Shown: positions 1 through 10,401, counted from the first letter of the stretch. The stretch: DNA of 64,000 nucleotides from Candidatus Omnitrophota bacterium (GCA_030649895.1 JAUSEX010000031.1:2620-66619), one strand, 5' to 3'. The notes: generated by a model not told the origin, from the letters alone. Numbers and translations are program-made.

Positions 1-58
1 AAAAGAAAGATTAAAAGTATTAGAGCAGAAAAATTAAAAAAGAAAGGAAACGTAACGC

Positions 59-685
59 ATGTTTGAACTTATACAGAAAAGCGGGGCAATAATATATCCC
101 ATTATACTGTGTTCTATAATAGCTCTTGGCATAATCCTGGAGAGGCTTTATTATCTTCGTAAAATAAAGATAGACGCAGTAGCTTTTATGAACAATATAG
201 AAGCCGCTCTGAAGCGCAATAAAATCGCAGAGGCGGTGAAGATATGTGAAGATACTCCTGGCCCTATAGCGCGTATAATAAAAGCAGGGTTGTTTAAGCA
301 CGATAGGCCCAGGCAGGAAATAAGAGAGGCGATAGAAGACGCAGGCCATCAGGAGGTGCCAAGGCTTGAAAAATATATTAAAATTTTAGCCACTATAGCT
401 CATATATCCCCGCTTCTCGGGCTTCTTGGAACCGTTGCTGGGATGGCAAAGGCCTTTCAGGTTATCCAGATGAAAACAATAGCCCTTAACCCTGTGAATA
501 CAGCTGATCTGGCAGGCGGGGTGTGGCAGGCGCTTTTGACTACAGCCGCAGGCCTTATTGTAGCGATACCTGCAATAGTGGCTTATCATTATCTGGTTAG
601 CAAGGTTCAGGATTTCGTGCTTGAAATGGAACGCAGCGCAACAGAGCTGATAAATATAATGTCACAGAGGGTAGAGGGGTATTAA
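59..685 (+). CDS. exbB: MotA/TolQ/ExbB-family proton channel
   Basis: 208 aa. Three predicted TM segments. Conserved C-terminal LGLLGTVAGM...TTAAGL motif of ExbB/TolQ. Followed directly by ExbD-like and TonB-like genes. Confidence 0.75.
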   Translation: MFELIQKSGAIIYPIILCSIIALGIILERLYYLRKIKIDAVAFMNNIEAALKRNKIAEAVKICEDTPGPIARIIKAGLFKHDRPRQEIREAIEDAGHQEVPRLEKYIKILATIAHISPLLGLLGTVAGMAKAFQVIQMKTIALNPVNTADLAGGVWQALLTTAAGLIVAIPAIVAYHYLVSKVQDFVLEMERSATELINIMSQRVEGY

Positions 686-1084
686 ATGAAATTTAAGCGC
701 AATATCTACATAGAAGACGCTCAACCGGATATGGTGCCTTTTGTAAACTGCGTTTTCCTGCTGTTAATGTTTTTTCTATTGACCTCAAATTTTATTTTTC
801 AATCAGGTATTAAGATAAGCCTTCCAAGGGTAGTGACAAGCGAGGTTTTACAAGAGAATACCGCTATAATCGTTATTACTCCTGATAACAGGTTTTATTT
901 AAATCAGACGCCCGTGACTTTAGTGGAGCTGAAAAGCAAGCTTGAAAAAATGTCCACCCTGGAGCCAATATTGATAAAGGCGGACAGAGACGTTACTTTA
1001 AACAAGGTAGTTAATATATGGGATTTTTGCAGGGGCATTGGCATAAAGCAGGTTAACATAGCCACCAATCAGGAGGTAGAGTAG
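686..1084 (+). CDS. exbD: ExbD/TolR biopolymer transport protein
   Basis: 132 aa. Single N-terminal TM (FVNCVFLLLMFFLLTS) plus periplasmic domain. Start abuts exbB stop, suggesting translational coupling. Confidence 0.7.
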   Translation: MKFKRNIYIEDAQPDMVPFVNCVFLLLMFFLLTSNFIFQSGIKISLPRVVTSEVLQENTAIIVITPDNRFYLNQTPVTLVELKSKLEKMSTLEPILIKADRDVTLNKVVNIWDFCRGIGIKQVNIATNQEVE

Positions 1085-1152
1085 TATCTTTATAACAAAA
1101 TAAAGTTGTAAGCTATAAGTCGTTCTTACAGCTTACAACTTACAGCTTAAAA

Positions 1153-1782
1153 ATGCAGTTACTTAAAGACCGCAATCTAAATAGCGCAATATTAATTTCA
1201 GTTTTATGGCATTTTTTATTGATAGCTTCAGTCAACCCGGTATTTAAAACCGGTCATATGATGGAGCATGATACTTCAATATCATTTCTTGGGAGCATTC
1301 TTGAGCGGGTTGTCCCGGGAGAAGAAAAGCCTCTTATGCCTGGTTATGTCCCAAAAGAAAATAAGATGTATAAATCAGGATTAGACGAAGCGGATTTTAT
1401 CAATATGCGTCCGGAAAAGATAGAGGTTCTTTATTTACCAGATATTCGAAGTTTTTTGAGTTTAAACGTGTTTCACAAAAAAGAAGCAGCCAGGGTTGAT
1501 TTTGCGGATTTTTTTATTAAAGGAGAAGCTAGGGACAGGGTGATTATGTATAAACCTGACCTTAATAAAGTTACGGTTTTGCCTTCGGATTTTAATTCAG
1601 ATTTCAGCGCGAATGTTAAATTTAAAATATCAAAAGAAGGGTTTGTTAAATATGTAGAATGCATTACATCAAGTGGTTTTCCTGAAATAGACCAGGCAGC
1701 TATAAGGTACATAAGGAAATGGCAGTTTGTTCCTAATCCAAAAGATGACCAGGAGGGGATTGTGCGGGTTAGTTTTAAATAA
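1153..1782 (+). CDS. TonB-family energy transducer (TonB C-terminal domain protein)
   Basis: 209 aa. N-terminal TM. C-terminal ~80 aa (KFKISKEGFVKYVECITSSGFPEIDQAAIRYIRKWQFVP) resembles the TonB_C fold. Position is after exbBD. Confidence 0.5.
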   Translation: MQLLKDRNLNSAILISVLWHFLLIASVNPVFKTGHMMEHDTSISFLGSILERVVPGEEKPLMPGYVPKENKMYKSGLDEADFINMRPEKIEVLYLPDIRSFLSLNVFHKKEAARVDFADFFIKGEARDRVIMYKPDLNKVTVLPSDFNSDFSANVKFKISKEGFVKYVECITSSGFPEIDQAAIRYIRKWQFVPNPKDDQEGIVRVSFK

Positions 1783-2036
1783 TGTTAAAGATAGAGTTTT
1801 CTGCCGCAATCGCATGGTATCTTATTTTAACAACGTGCCTTGTATTGCTGGTCCTTGTATTTGAAAATAGGAAAGGGCCGAAGCAGTTTTCTTCCGAAAA
1901 AAGTTTTTTATGGCAATGTTCTATATGTACTTACGTATATATAGATAGCAGGCATGCTAACATATCTCAGTGTTCGCGATGCGGGAGTTACAATAAAAAA
2001 GAAGAGGTAGAGAAAGGAGGAAGTGCTTATGCCTGA
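1782..2036 (+). CDS. hypothetical small membrane protein with CxxC...CxxC zinc-ribbon
   Basis: 84 aa. TM helix, then CSICTY...CSRCGS motif. Start overlaps the previous stop. Confidence 0.3.
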   Translation: MLKIEFSAAIAWYLILTTCLVLLVLVFENRKGPKQFSSEKSFLWQCSICTYVYIDSRHANISQCSRCGSYNKKEEVEKGGSAYA

Positions 2037-2298
2037 TGAAAAGATAGTAAATGAAGAAGAAAAGCTGCCTATAGCCCCGCCATTAAAAGTACTGGATTAC
2101 AGGACTATCAGCAGGGGTTTCGGGTGGTGGTCGGCAGTAGTCCTGGTTGAATCATGGGGCAATAAACGCCTATGTATGTATTTATGGCAGAAGTCAGATA
2201 ATGGCTGGAAAAGAAAGCAAAAATATACAATACATAGCCAGGAGCGTTGGCAGCTGATATCCGGAGCAGTTGAAAAATTAGTAGGAGAATTGCAATAA
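2023..2298 (+). CDS. hypothetical protein
   Basis: 91-aa ORF in the operon gap with a GGAGG-like RBS (gaaaggagga) upstream. No recognisable domain. Confidence 0.25.
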   Translation: MLMPDEKIVNEEEKLPIAPPLKVLDYRTISRGFGWWSAVVLVESWGNKRLCMYLWQKSDNGWKRKQKYTIHSQERWQLISGAVEKLVGELQ

Positions 2299-2396
2299 AG
2301 GCGAAGGCCGAGAATAGGCACGGCTCATAAAGACCTTTGTGACAATATTGCAGGACAGAGACTTTAGTCTGCCAAAAACAATGTTAAAGGTATAAT

Positions 2397-2759
2397 ATGA
2401 AAACACATAATAATAAAGGCATAGCTATTTTTATAACCTTAGCGCTATTATTTTTGCTGTCTTTAATCGTCACGGCAGTCTTGTTAACAGCGTATAATTA
2501 TGCCAATATAAGCGCAGGCCAGATAAACAGGCTGAAAGCCCTAAAACTTGCAGAATCAGGCGTTAACTACGCTTATTGGAAAATCAGGATTGGCAAAGAC
2601 GATGCAGGCGATGATATAACTTATCCGTGCACGTTGAATCCGGATCCGTCTAATCCATCTCTGGTTCCAGCCGGCTGGACTCTTAATGTAGATGTTACAA
2701 ACGATAACCCGCGCAGGATTCAATCGAGAGTTACATACCCTAAATCTGGGGCGCTATAA
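2397..2759 (+). CDS. PilX-like minor pilin / pilus assembly protein (PilX N-terminal domain)
   Basis: 120 aa. Hydrophobic N-terminal helix followed by ALKLAESGVNYAYW, which resembles the PilX_N signature. Confidence 0.5.
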   Translation: MKTHNNKGIAIFITLALLFLLSLIVTAVLLTAYNYANISAGQINRLKALKLAESGVNYAYWKIRIGKDDAGDDITYPCTLNPDPSNPSLVPAGWTLNVDVTNDNPRRIQSRVTYPKSGAL

Positions 2760-2905
2760 TTTTATAAGTATCTGTATTTAAATATGTTAAGGAAAAACAA
2801 CAGAAACTTGGATGTTTTTTCTTATTTTTTTTATTCTGCGATTATTTTTCCATAACTCATTTGTTTTAAATGAGTTGCTTCAGCCTTCAGCCTTCAGCTC
2901 GTTAC

Positions 2906-2934
2906 TTGACAAAGTAAGTTCTTTATGGTATATT
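2906..2934 (+). promoter_or_regulatory. sigma-70-like promoter (TTGACA-17-TATATT) upstream of the HTH gene
   Basis: TTGACA at 2906-2911, 17-nt spacer, TATATT at 2929-2934. Preceded by three tandem cttcagc heptamers and a hairpin (2850-2880). Confidence 0.5.
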
Positions 2935-2979
2935 TTGTTCCACCTATAAAATAGGTAAATCTATTAGGAGGTGTTATAG

Positions 2980-3162
2980 ATGTCAAGACTTATGGATACA
3001 GATGAATTAGCCAGATACCTCAAGCTGGAGAAGCAGACTATCTACAATTGGCTTCATCAAAAAAAGATTTCAGGCATAAAGGTAGGCCATGTCTGGAGAT
3101 TTGATAAGAAGTCAGTTGATGAATGGTTGAATTCTCAGATGGTAGAAGCTAAAGCTAAGTAG
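2980..3162 (+). CDS. helix-turn-helix DNA-binding protein (excisionase/MerR-like HTH_17 family)
   Basis: 60 aa. DELARYLKLEKQTIYNWLHQKKISGIKVGHVWRF is a classic Xis-type HTH. Has its own promoter and a downstream hairpin. Confidence 0.6.
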   Translation: MSRLMDTDELARYLKLEKQTIYNWLHQKKISGIKVGHVWRFDKKSVDEWLNSQMVEAKAK

Positions 3163-3185
3163 GAAACGGTTTAAAACCGTTTCCT
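3161..3185 (+). terminator. perfect hairpin (aggaaacggttt-aaa-accgtttcct) overlapping the stop of the HTH gene
   Basis: 11-bp stem. No strong U-tract follows, so it may be an attenuator or processing site rather than a full terminator. Confidence 0.4.
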
Positions 3186-3207
3186 ACAACGTAGTAAGGT
3201 TTTTATA

Positions 3208-4833
3208 ATGAATAAAAATATATTATCTATCATTAATCCTAAAAAGGTCGTTGGCTTGTATATCAGCCATGATACTGTAGACCTTGTTGTGCTTAAATCA
3301 AGCATTGGAGGCCCTAAGCTTATAAAGTTCGGTCAGGCGGCTATATATCCGGCGAAGGCTGAGCATGGCGGAGAAATTATACCCGAGGCTCAGGCATCCT
3401 GCTCTACTCTTTCTCAACCCTCTTCCGAAACGCCCAATAAAACTGGAACCAGAGAAGAGTATGTTATAAGAGCAATAAAAAAGGTTCTTTTGGAAAACGA
3501 CGAGAAGCCTGGAAATATAGTTACAGCTATTCCAAGCGAAGAGGCCATGGTCCGCTATTTTCAAATGCCTAAAATCCCGAAGCAAGAAAGAGCGGTTGCC
3601 GTTAATTTTGAAGCAAAACGATATATACCTTTTCGCGTGGAAGATGTTGTTTCTGATTTTCAAGTGTTACCAAGCAAGGCTGTGCAGAATGCGATGGATG
3701 TAGTGTTTGTGGCAGTTAAAAAAGATACCCTGGAACAGTATTTAAATATTTTTAATACAGCGGGGCTTAATCCTGTTATCATAGAATCCGCGCCTTTTAG
3801 TTTAATGAGGGCATTTAACGCAGCCCAGCAAATAGACCCCAAAGTCAATACCGCAATAGTTAGCGTAGACAGCAATGCCCTTAACATCAATATTCTCAGG
3901 AGCGGGGTACCGTACATAATAAGAGATATACCTATATTTGATATGGAAACCGAGGGCAAATCATTAGAGCCTATATTTGAAAAGATGCTGGCAGAGATAA
4001 AGCTATCTTTTGATTTTTATGAAAAACAATTTCCGAGCGAAGTTATAGATAAAATAATTATATACAGTAAATTGCCTCTGGAAAATTGGCATGAAATAGT
4101 AGGCAAAGAATTGCAGATACCCGTAGAGGTGGGGGACCCTTTAAGAGGAATAAAGATAGCATCAGGGGTTGTACCTGCGAGGGTAGCTATATGTTTCGGG
4201 ATAGCGCTCAGAGGCCTGGCAGAGCCTTTTATTGACATAAATCTAGGCAAAGAAAAACTGCTTGTTTATAAAAAGAAGGAGTTTTTCTTAAGGGTAATAC
4301 TTCTAGGGGCTTCTCTGGCCGTATTTTTATTGATAGTATTCAAGATTCTTGCAACAAGGGCTATGGTGCCTCTTATTAACGAATTAGATAAGACATTATC
4401 CGAAAGGCCGAAGGTGGAGGTGAATATAAAGAGTGATAATATAGCTGATCTCGAAAAAATAAAAAATGAGATGGAAGCAAAAAAAAATATCATGGAAGAT
4501 CTGATATCCAGCCGGACTTATTTGACTCCTAGGTTGCAGGATATTGTAAAAATAATGTCTAAGGATATGTGGCTCTCTGAAATAAGTTTTGAAGAGAAAA
4601 TAGATAAAAAAAATACTTCCAGGACTACCAGATTCCTTAATATAAGAGGTTATTGTATTACAAGCGATAAGATCGGCGAAAAAGCCGATAGCGTGAATAT
4701 CTTTCTGGGTAAACTAAAAGAATCAAAAGGCGTTAATAATGGAATGCCCAAGGCTGATATTATATCTGTTAAAAAGATGGATATGGAAGATAAAAAGGTT
4801 TCTAGTTTTGAAATAGTATTAACAGGGCCATGA
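3208..4833 (+). CDS. pilM: type IV pilus assembly protein PilM fused to PilN
   Basis: 541 aa. N-terminal ~340 aa is an actin-like ATPase fold (PilM). After INLGKEKLL (a PilN-like INLLP motif) comes a TM helix and a ~190-aa PilN-like periplasmic region. Confidence 0.8.
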   Translation: MNKNILSIINPKKVVGLYISHDTVDLVVLKSSIGGPKLIKFGQAAIYPAKAEHGGEIIPEAQASCSTLSQPSSETPNKTGTREEYVIRAIKKVLLENDEKPGNIVTAIPSEEAMVRYFQMPKIPKQERAVAVNFEAKRYIPFRVEDVVSDFQVLPSKAVQNAMDVVFVAVKKDTLEQYLNIFNTAGLNPVIIESAPFSLMRAFNAAQQIDPKVNTAIVSVDSNALNINILRSGVPYIIRDIPIFDMETEGKSLEPIFEKMLAEIKLSFDFYEKQFPSEVIDKIIIYSKLPLENWHEIVGKELQIPVEVGDPLRGIKIASGVVPARVAICFGIALRGLAEPFIDINLGKEKLLVYKKKEFFLRVILLGASLAVFLLIVFKILATRAMVPLINELDKTLSERPKVEVNIKSDNIADLEKIKNEMEAKKNIMEDLISSRTYLTPRLQDIVKIMSKDMWLSEISFEEKIDKKNTSRTTRFLNIRGYCITSDKIGEKADSVNIFLGKLKESKGVNNGMPKADIISVKKMDMEDKKVSSFEIVLTGP

Positions 4834-5390
4834 GCATGAAAACAAAAAAAATAGAAAAAAATACCGTTAATAAACTTTATATAGCTATGGCTGTTATTAT
4901 AGTCCTGACGCTAATCACAGGAATTCTTTTTATTTACACGCCTTTTGCAAGTAAAAATAAATCCCTGAGGGCCGATATATTAAAAGAAAGGGATAAAAAT
5001 GTTCTGATAGGCAGGATAAGGGCCCTGAGTAAATATATAAAGATATATGATAAAAAGATTCCAGAGGGCGGAAGCGTTTCATGGCTTTTAGGCGAGGTTT
5101 CAAATATTGCTTCAAGCGAACAAGTAGAGGTGTCTTCTATAAAGCCCGGGAATCCGGAAGGTTACGGGTTGTATACGAAACTATCTGTGGCAGTTGACTT
5201 AATTTCTACGTATAGTCAGCTTGGAAACTTTGTTTCCAGGATAGAATCTTCAGAAAAGTTTCTCAAGATAGAAAGTATTAATATAAAGAGGATGGATCTT
5301 GACGGGAAACCTGAAAAAAGTTCAGACAGATTTAAGGCATTTGACGTAAAGGTAAATATTGTTATAAGCACTATTGTGCAGAAGGAATAG
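4830..5390 (+). CDS. pilO: type IV pilus assembly protein PilO
   Basis: 186 aa. Single N-terminal TM plus coiled coil plus periplasmic domain. Position between pilMN and pilQ. 4-nt start/stop overlap. Confidence 0.6.
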   Translation: MSMKTKKIEKNTVNKLYIAMAVIIVLTLITGILFIYTPFASKNKSLRADILKERDKNVLIGRIRALSKYIKIYDKKIPEGGSVSWLLGEVSNIASSEQVEVSSIKPGNPEGYGLYTKLSVAVDLISTYSQLGNFVSRIESSEKFLKIESINIKRMDLDGKPEKSSDRFKAFDVKVNIVISTIVQKE

Positions 5391-5393
5391 TTT

Positions 5394-5882
5394 ATGGCAG
5401 AGACAACGCCCAAAAAACAGCATATCATAGAATATGTAGCAATAGGGGCGCTGGTTCTGGTGGCCCTTATTATAGGTATGTCCAGATTTAAAAAGGGAGA
5501 TGTCGATGATGAAGTTTTTTCAAGAAAGGAATTTACAAAGAAATGGAAAGAGGTGGAAATATTCGAAGCCAAGCTTCCAAAGAATGAAAAAACGGTAACT
5601 TTTACTCCGGAAGGAGAAATGCTCCCTTTTAAAAGCCCTTTTGATAATGTAGAGGAGAGCAGGCAAGCGGAGGGAGAAAATGTGGTTCTCCCTGAGATGA
5701 AATATCAGGGTATGATTTGGAAAAGCTCTCGGCCTCAGGCGATCATAAATAATAAGGTATATGATATAAAAGATATTATTAACGTAGATAAAGACGGAGA
5801 AGGTATCGAGGTCAAGGATATAAATAAAGACGGTATTCATTTAATATACAAAGGAAAGGAATTTATCGTAAGGCCGAAATAA
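5394..5882 (+). CDS. PilP-like pilus assembly protein (hypothetical)
   Basis: 162 aa. N-terminal TM. Assignment rests only on position between pilO and pilQ. Confidence 0.35.
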   Translation: MAETTPKKQHIIEYVAIGALVLVALIIGMSRFKKGDVDDEVFSRKEFTKKWKEVEIFEAKLPKNEKTVTFTPEGEMLPFKSPFDNVEESRQAEGENVVLPEMKYQGMIWKSSRPQAIINNKVYDIKDIINVDKDGEGIEVKDINKDGIHLIYKGKEFIVRPK

Positions 5883-5970
5883 CCGCGGAACTACGCAGAA
5901 ACTGGCTTTTGGTCAGACGCGGAACAGCGCTGAAACTTATATATAATTTCAGCGATAAATATGGGAGGTT

Positions 5971-7368
5971 ATGATGAAAGCAATCAGAGTAATTACCGCT
6001 ATTATATTTACTATTTTTAGTTCAGTTCCGTTTTCGTTTGCCGCTGATATGCACACTAAAGACATGTCCCCAGGTAAAATCAGCCTGATATCTATGGATT
6101 TTCAGGACGCAAACCTCAAGACGGTATTGAAGATTTTTTCCCAGCAGTCCGGACTTAATTTTATTGCCAGCCAGAATGTCCAGGAAAGGACTGTCACTGT
6201 TTATTTTGATAATGTCAAGATAGAAGACGCCCTGAATTATATAATGAATGCCAACAATCTGATTTACGAACAAGAATCAGGGTCCAATATATTCATAGTT
6301 AAAGAGACGGGAAAACCAGAGATAGAGACTATTACAAAAATATATGAATTAAAATATGCTCAATTGAGCGCGCCTGCTAAGTCTTCTGAAGGAGTATCTC
6401 AGGATGCAGAAATAGTTTCTATTATTCAGAACATACTTTCTTCGAATGGAAAAGTGGTGGCTGATAAGAGATCCAACAGCCTTATCATAAAAGATGTGCC
6501 AAGTCAATTCCCCATGGTAGAAGATTTATTGGCAAGATTGGATATAAGGACTCCTCAGGTAATGATAAAGGTAGAAATCCTGGAAACTACTACAAAGGCA
6601 GTAGAAAATCTTGGAATAAATTGGAGCGGCTCATTCGGGCAGTATGCGGGGCCTATCCATAATACTATATTTCCTATGAATAACTCTCTAGGGGAGAATA
6701 ATTCAAGCGGAGAAGGGATTTCAGCCACAGGCACTTTTAGTATGTCAGGCGTGACTGCTGTTATATCCGCATTGTTAAACAACACTGATACAAAGCTTCT
6801 CGCCAGGCCTCAAGTCATGGCTATGAATAATGAAACAGCGAAAATAGAGCTTTCTTCCAAAGAGAAATCCAATGTGACAAATCAAGCTCAAACTGTAAAT
6901 AGCGTGACTACTACAGGTAATACGTATGAGGAAAGCGATACAGGAGTTATCTTGGAAGTCACGCCGCAAATCAGTAAAGATGGTTATATTACAATGAATT
7001 TAAAGCCCAGTTTCGCTGAATTAGAGCTTTCCAGATTTACAGGCGCATATGATACCCATACAAGAGCTACAGAGACTACAGTTATGGTTAAAGACGGAGA
7101 AACGGTTGTTATCGGGGGCCTTATTAAATCTAAGCATGAAGGCGGCGTTAAAAAAGTGCCATTTTTTGGAGATATACCTATTTTAGGAGCTGCATTTCGT
7201 TATAAATCTAAAGATAATTCCGATAGAGAGCTTGTAATATTTATTACGCCTAATATTATTAAAGATACTTCGTATGCGCTTGGGAATATCTCCGAGAGAG
7301 AGCAGGAAAGGCCAAAGGCAATAAGAGAGAAAGAGGTTAATACGGTGTTGGATTTGTTTGGGGGATAA
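5971..7368 (+). CDS. pilQ: type IV pilus secretin PilQ
   Basis: 465 aa. Signal peptide, secretin-N domains. C-terminal secretin motif LLARPQVMAMNNETAKI...VVIGGLIKSKHEGGVKKVPFFGDIPILGAAFRYKS. Confidence 0.85.
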   Translation: MMKAIRVITAIIFTIFSSVPFSFAADMHTKDMSPGKISLISMDFQDANLKTVLKIFSQQSGLNFIASQNVQERTVTVYFDNVKIEDALNYIMNANNLIYEQESGSNIFIVKETGKPEIETITKIYELKYAQLSAPAKSSEGVSQDAEIVSIIQNILSSNGKVVADKRSNSLIIKDVPSQFPMVEDLLARLDIRTPQVMIKVEILETTTKAVENLGINWSGSFGQYAGPIHNTIFPMNNSLGENNSSGEGISATGTFSMSGVTAVISALLNNTDTKLLARPQVMAMNNETAKIELSSKEKSNVTNQAQTVNSVTTTGNTYEESDTGVILEVTPQISKDGYITMNLKPSFAELELSRFTGAYDTHTRATETTVMVKDGETVVIGGLIKSKHEGGVKKVPFFGDIPILGAAFRYKSKDNSDRELVIFITPNIIKDTSYALGNISEREQERPKAIREKEVNTVLDLFGG

Positions 7369-7392
7369 TTAAATAAACGGGTTACATGTAAG

Positions 7393-9102
7393 ATGAAAAA
7401 ATCCAGAGAAAAATTAGGTCATATGCTATTAAAGGAAGGCCTTATCACGGAAGAGCAGTTGGAAAAGGCTATTGATGTCCAGAAAAAAGAAGGGAAAAGA
7501 CTGGGAGAAACTTTAATAAACCTTGGGATTGTCACAGAAAAAGATATTGTGATCGCAATGGCAAAACAGCTGTCAATTCCCTATGCCTCTTACGCAAAAG
7601 GCCTTTTGAGGCCTGCAGAAAACCAGGATCTTGCAAAATTAGTGCCTGAAGATTATGCCCGCAGAAATATGCTTATTCCTATTTCCAGGCATGCGAATTC
7701 TCTCACAGTGGCCTTTATGGATCCATTGGACCTCATTACCATGGACAATTTAAAACGCATGACAAACTGCGATATAAATCCTATCATCGCCACTAGAACA
7801 GATCTTCAGCGATCTATAGATGAATTTTACGGGAGAGAGGATCTTTTAAAAGATGCTATTAGCGATTCATATGAATTAGAAGAGTTTAAACTGGAGAAAG
7901 ACGCGGAAGAAGATTTGAGCTTAGATGATCTTATTGCAAGGGCGGAAGAGGCGCCTGTTATAAAACTCGTAGATCTTATATTGATGCAGGCTATAAAAGA
8001 CAGGGTCAGCGATATACATATAGAACCTTTTAAAGATAAGATTAATATACGATATAGGATAGACGGAATCCTGTATGAGATACCTCCTCCGGCAAAGCAT
8101 CTATTGCCTGCAATAGTTTCCAGGATAAAGATACTTTCAAATCTGGATATAGCGGAACGCAGGCTTCCGCAGGATGGCGTATTTTTTGTAAAAGTAAATA
8201 ACAAGGGCATAGATATACGCGTATCGACTATTCCAGCTATATTTGGCGAGAAAGTAGTGCTCAGGATACTTGATAAATCTGCTACGCCTCTTAACCTGGG
8301 AGACCTTGGTTTTGATCCTGAAGAGCTTGAAAAATTTAGAAGGGCTATTAACAGTCCTCACGGCTTAGTTTTAATTACGGGCCCCACAGGGAGCGGCAAA
8401 ACCACAACCCTATATGCAGCGCTAAATGAAATAAAAAGTCCGCGTAAAAATATCTCAACAGTAGAAGACCCTGTAGAGTATAAACTAGAAGGCATAAACC
8501 AGGTTCAAATAAAACCTAGCATAGGTTTTACATTTGCAGGGGCGCTAAGGGCATTTTTGAGGCAAGACCCTGATATTATAATGGTAGGAGAGGTAAGGGA
8601 TCTGGAAACGGCTCAGATATGCATAAGGGCTTCTCTCACTGGGCATCTTGTTTTAAGCACTCTTCATACTAATGATGCGCCAAGCGCCATAGCCAGGCTG
8701 ATAGATATAGGCCTTGAGCCCTACCTGATAAGCTCTTCGTTGATTATGGTGGGGGCTCAAAGGCTCATCAGGAGGCTATGTCCGGAATGCAAGGAGGCTT
8801 ATGAGACAACGCCTGCGTTAATCAAGGACTTGGGCATAAAACAAGAGCTTTTGTATAAACCTAAGGGTTGCGATTATTGCAGCCATACTGGTTATAGGGG
8901 CAGGATAGCTATTTACGAAATGATATTAATAGATGATAAATTAAGAGAATTGATTTCAAGAGGGGCTTCGCTGGGAGAGATTAAAAATAGGATAAAAGAG
9001 CTTGGTTTAAAAACTCTTATTAAGAGCGGGCTGAAAAAAGCAGAAGAAGGCATGACAAGCGTTGAAGAGGTGCTTAGCGTAACGTTGGTTGCGGGAGAAT
9101 AA
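7393..9102 (+). CDS. pilB: type IV pilus assembly ATPase PilB (GspE family)
   Basis: 569 aa. N-terminal GSPII_E_N domain. Walker A GPTGSGKTTTL, Walker B, and a tetracysteine CPEC...CDYC motif. Confidence 0.9.
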   Translation: MKKSREKLGHMLLKEGLITEEQLEKAIDVQKKEGKRLGETLINLGIVTEKDIVIAMAKQLSIPYASYAKGLLRPAENQDLAKLVPEDYARRNMLIPISRHANSLTVAFMDPLDLITMDNLKRMTNCDINPIIATRTDLQRSIDEFYGREDLLKDAISDSYELEEFKLEKDAEEDLSLDDLIARAEEAPVIKLVDLILMQAIKDRVSDIHIEPFKDKINIRYRIDGILYEIPPPAKHLLPAIVSRIKILSNLDIAERRLPQDGVFFVKVNNKGIDIRVSTIPAIFGEKVVLRILDKSATPLNLGDLGFDPEELEKFRRAINSPHGLVLITGPTGSGKTTTLYAALNEIKSPRKNISTVEDPVEYKLEGINQVQIKPSIGFTFAGALRAFLRQDPDIIMVGEVRDLETAQICIRASLTGHLVLSTLHTNDAPSAIARLIDIGLEPYLISSSLIMVGAQRLIRRLCPECKEAYETTPALIKDLGIKQELLYKPKGCDYCSHTGYRGRIAIYEMILIDDKLRELISRGASLGEIKNRIKELGLKTLIKSGLKKAEEGMTSVEEVLSVTLVAGE

Positions 9103-9160
9103 CAATCAGCGTAAAATATATTCAATGAATAGCAAAGGAGCTGAAGGCGGAGGGTGAGAT

Positions 9161-10387
9161 ATGCCATTTTTCAGGTACATGGCCAGGGATAAGTCCGGTA
9201 AATTAATAGATGAAAGAGTGGAAATCAAGAGCGAAGAAGACCTGGTTAATAGTTTGCAGGCAAGGGGCCTTATAGTTATATCGATCGGGCCTGCTTCTGA
9301 AGTCAAGGTAAAGAAAAAGGGAGATATGAGGAAATATCACAAAGCAGTCAAGCCTCATGACCTTATAATGTTTTCAAGAGAACTGGCAACGCTTTTGGGC
9401 GCAGGCGTAACGCTCATAAAGAGTTTGGAGATATTATGCAAGCAGATAGAATCCCAGACTCTTCTCAAGACCGTAGAGCAGATAAAAAAAGATGTAGAAG
9501 GCGGTTATACTTTTCAAAGCGCTTTAAAAAAGCACGATAAGATATTTTCTAATTTCTGGATAAATCTGGTAGAAACAGGAGAGGCATCAGGCCACCTTCC
9601 TTTAAGCCTTGACCAAGTTGCTGCTTACCTGGAAGAGAATGCAGAATTGAAAAGAAAAATCATGTCAGCGCTCATGTATCCTCTTGTATTGGTGGTTGTG
9701 GCAACAGGCGCGATAGCGGTGTTTTTGATTAAGATAATTCCTGTATTTTCTGAGATATTTAAAGGTTTTGATGTGGAATTGCCGGTTCTTACGCAGATAG
9801 TTATTAGCGTAAGCAATATAGCGAGAAAATATTTTCTTGTTGTAATAGTAGCAGTCGTAGTGATAGTTGTTGTTATGAAAAAATATATATCTACTGATAA
9901 AGGGAGGTGGCAGTTTGACAGTATTATGATTAAGATACCTGTTGTAGGCCAGCTGATTCAGGAGATAGCTACGGAGCGGTTTGCAAGCGGCTTAGGCACG
10001 CTTATTAAAAGCGGGGTTCCTATATTACATGCGCTTGAAATATCCGAAAAAACAGCAGGTAATAAAATAATGGAAAAAGAGCTTAAGGAAGTCAGGATGG
10101 CTGTAAAAGAAGGCAAGGGAATGGGTAAGACCATGCAAAACAGCAGCTTGTTTTCTCCTCTTGTAATCCAAATGATAAGCGTAGGAGAAGAAATAGGAGA
10201 ATTGGGTAAAATGCTGGATAGGGTTTCCGTGTTTTATAAAGAAAGAGTGAATACATTTATTTCGAGGGTTACTACAATGTTTGAACCTATAATTCTAGTT
10301 TTCATGGGTATTGTAGTAGGCATTTTAGTGGTAGCGATGTTTATGCCTATATTCAGTTTGTCCAGCGCTGTAAAGGCGTCTGGTTAA
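9161..10387 (+). CDS. pilC: type IV pilus platform protein PilC (GspF family)
   Basis: 408 aa. Two GspF repeats and three TM segments. Confidence 0.85.
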   Translation: MPFFRYMARDKSGKLIDERVEIKSEEDLVNSLQARGLIVISIGPASEVKVKKKGDMRKYHKAVKPHDLIMFSRELATLLGAGVTLIKSLEILCKQIESQTLLKTVEQIKKDVEGGYTFQSALKKHDKIFSNFWINLVETGEASGHLPLSLDQVAAYLEENAELKRKIMSALMYPLVLVVVATGAIAVFLIKIIPVFSEIFKGFDVELPVLTQIVISVSNIARKYFLVVIVAVVVIVVVMKKYISTDKGRWQFDSIMIKIPVVGQLIQEIATERFASGLGTLIKSGVPILHALEISEKTAGNKIMEKELKEVRMAVKEGKGMGKTMQNSSLFSPLVIQMISVGEEIGELGKMLDRVSVFYKERVNTFISRVTTMFEPIILVFMGIVVGILVVAMFMPIFSLSSAVKASG

Positions 10388-10401
10388 TATAGATAATTTA
10401 T

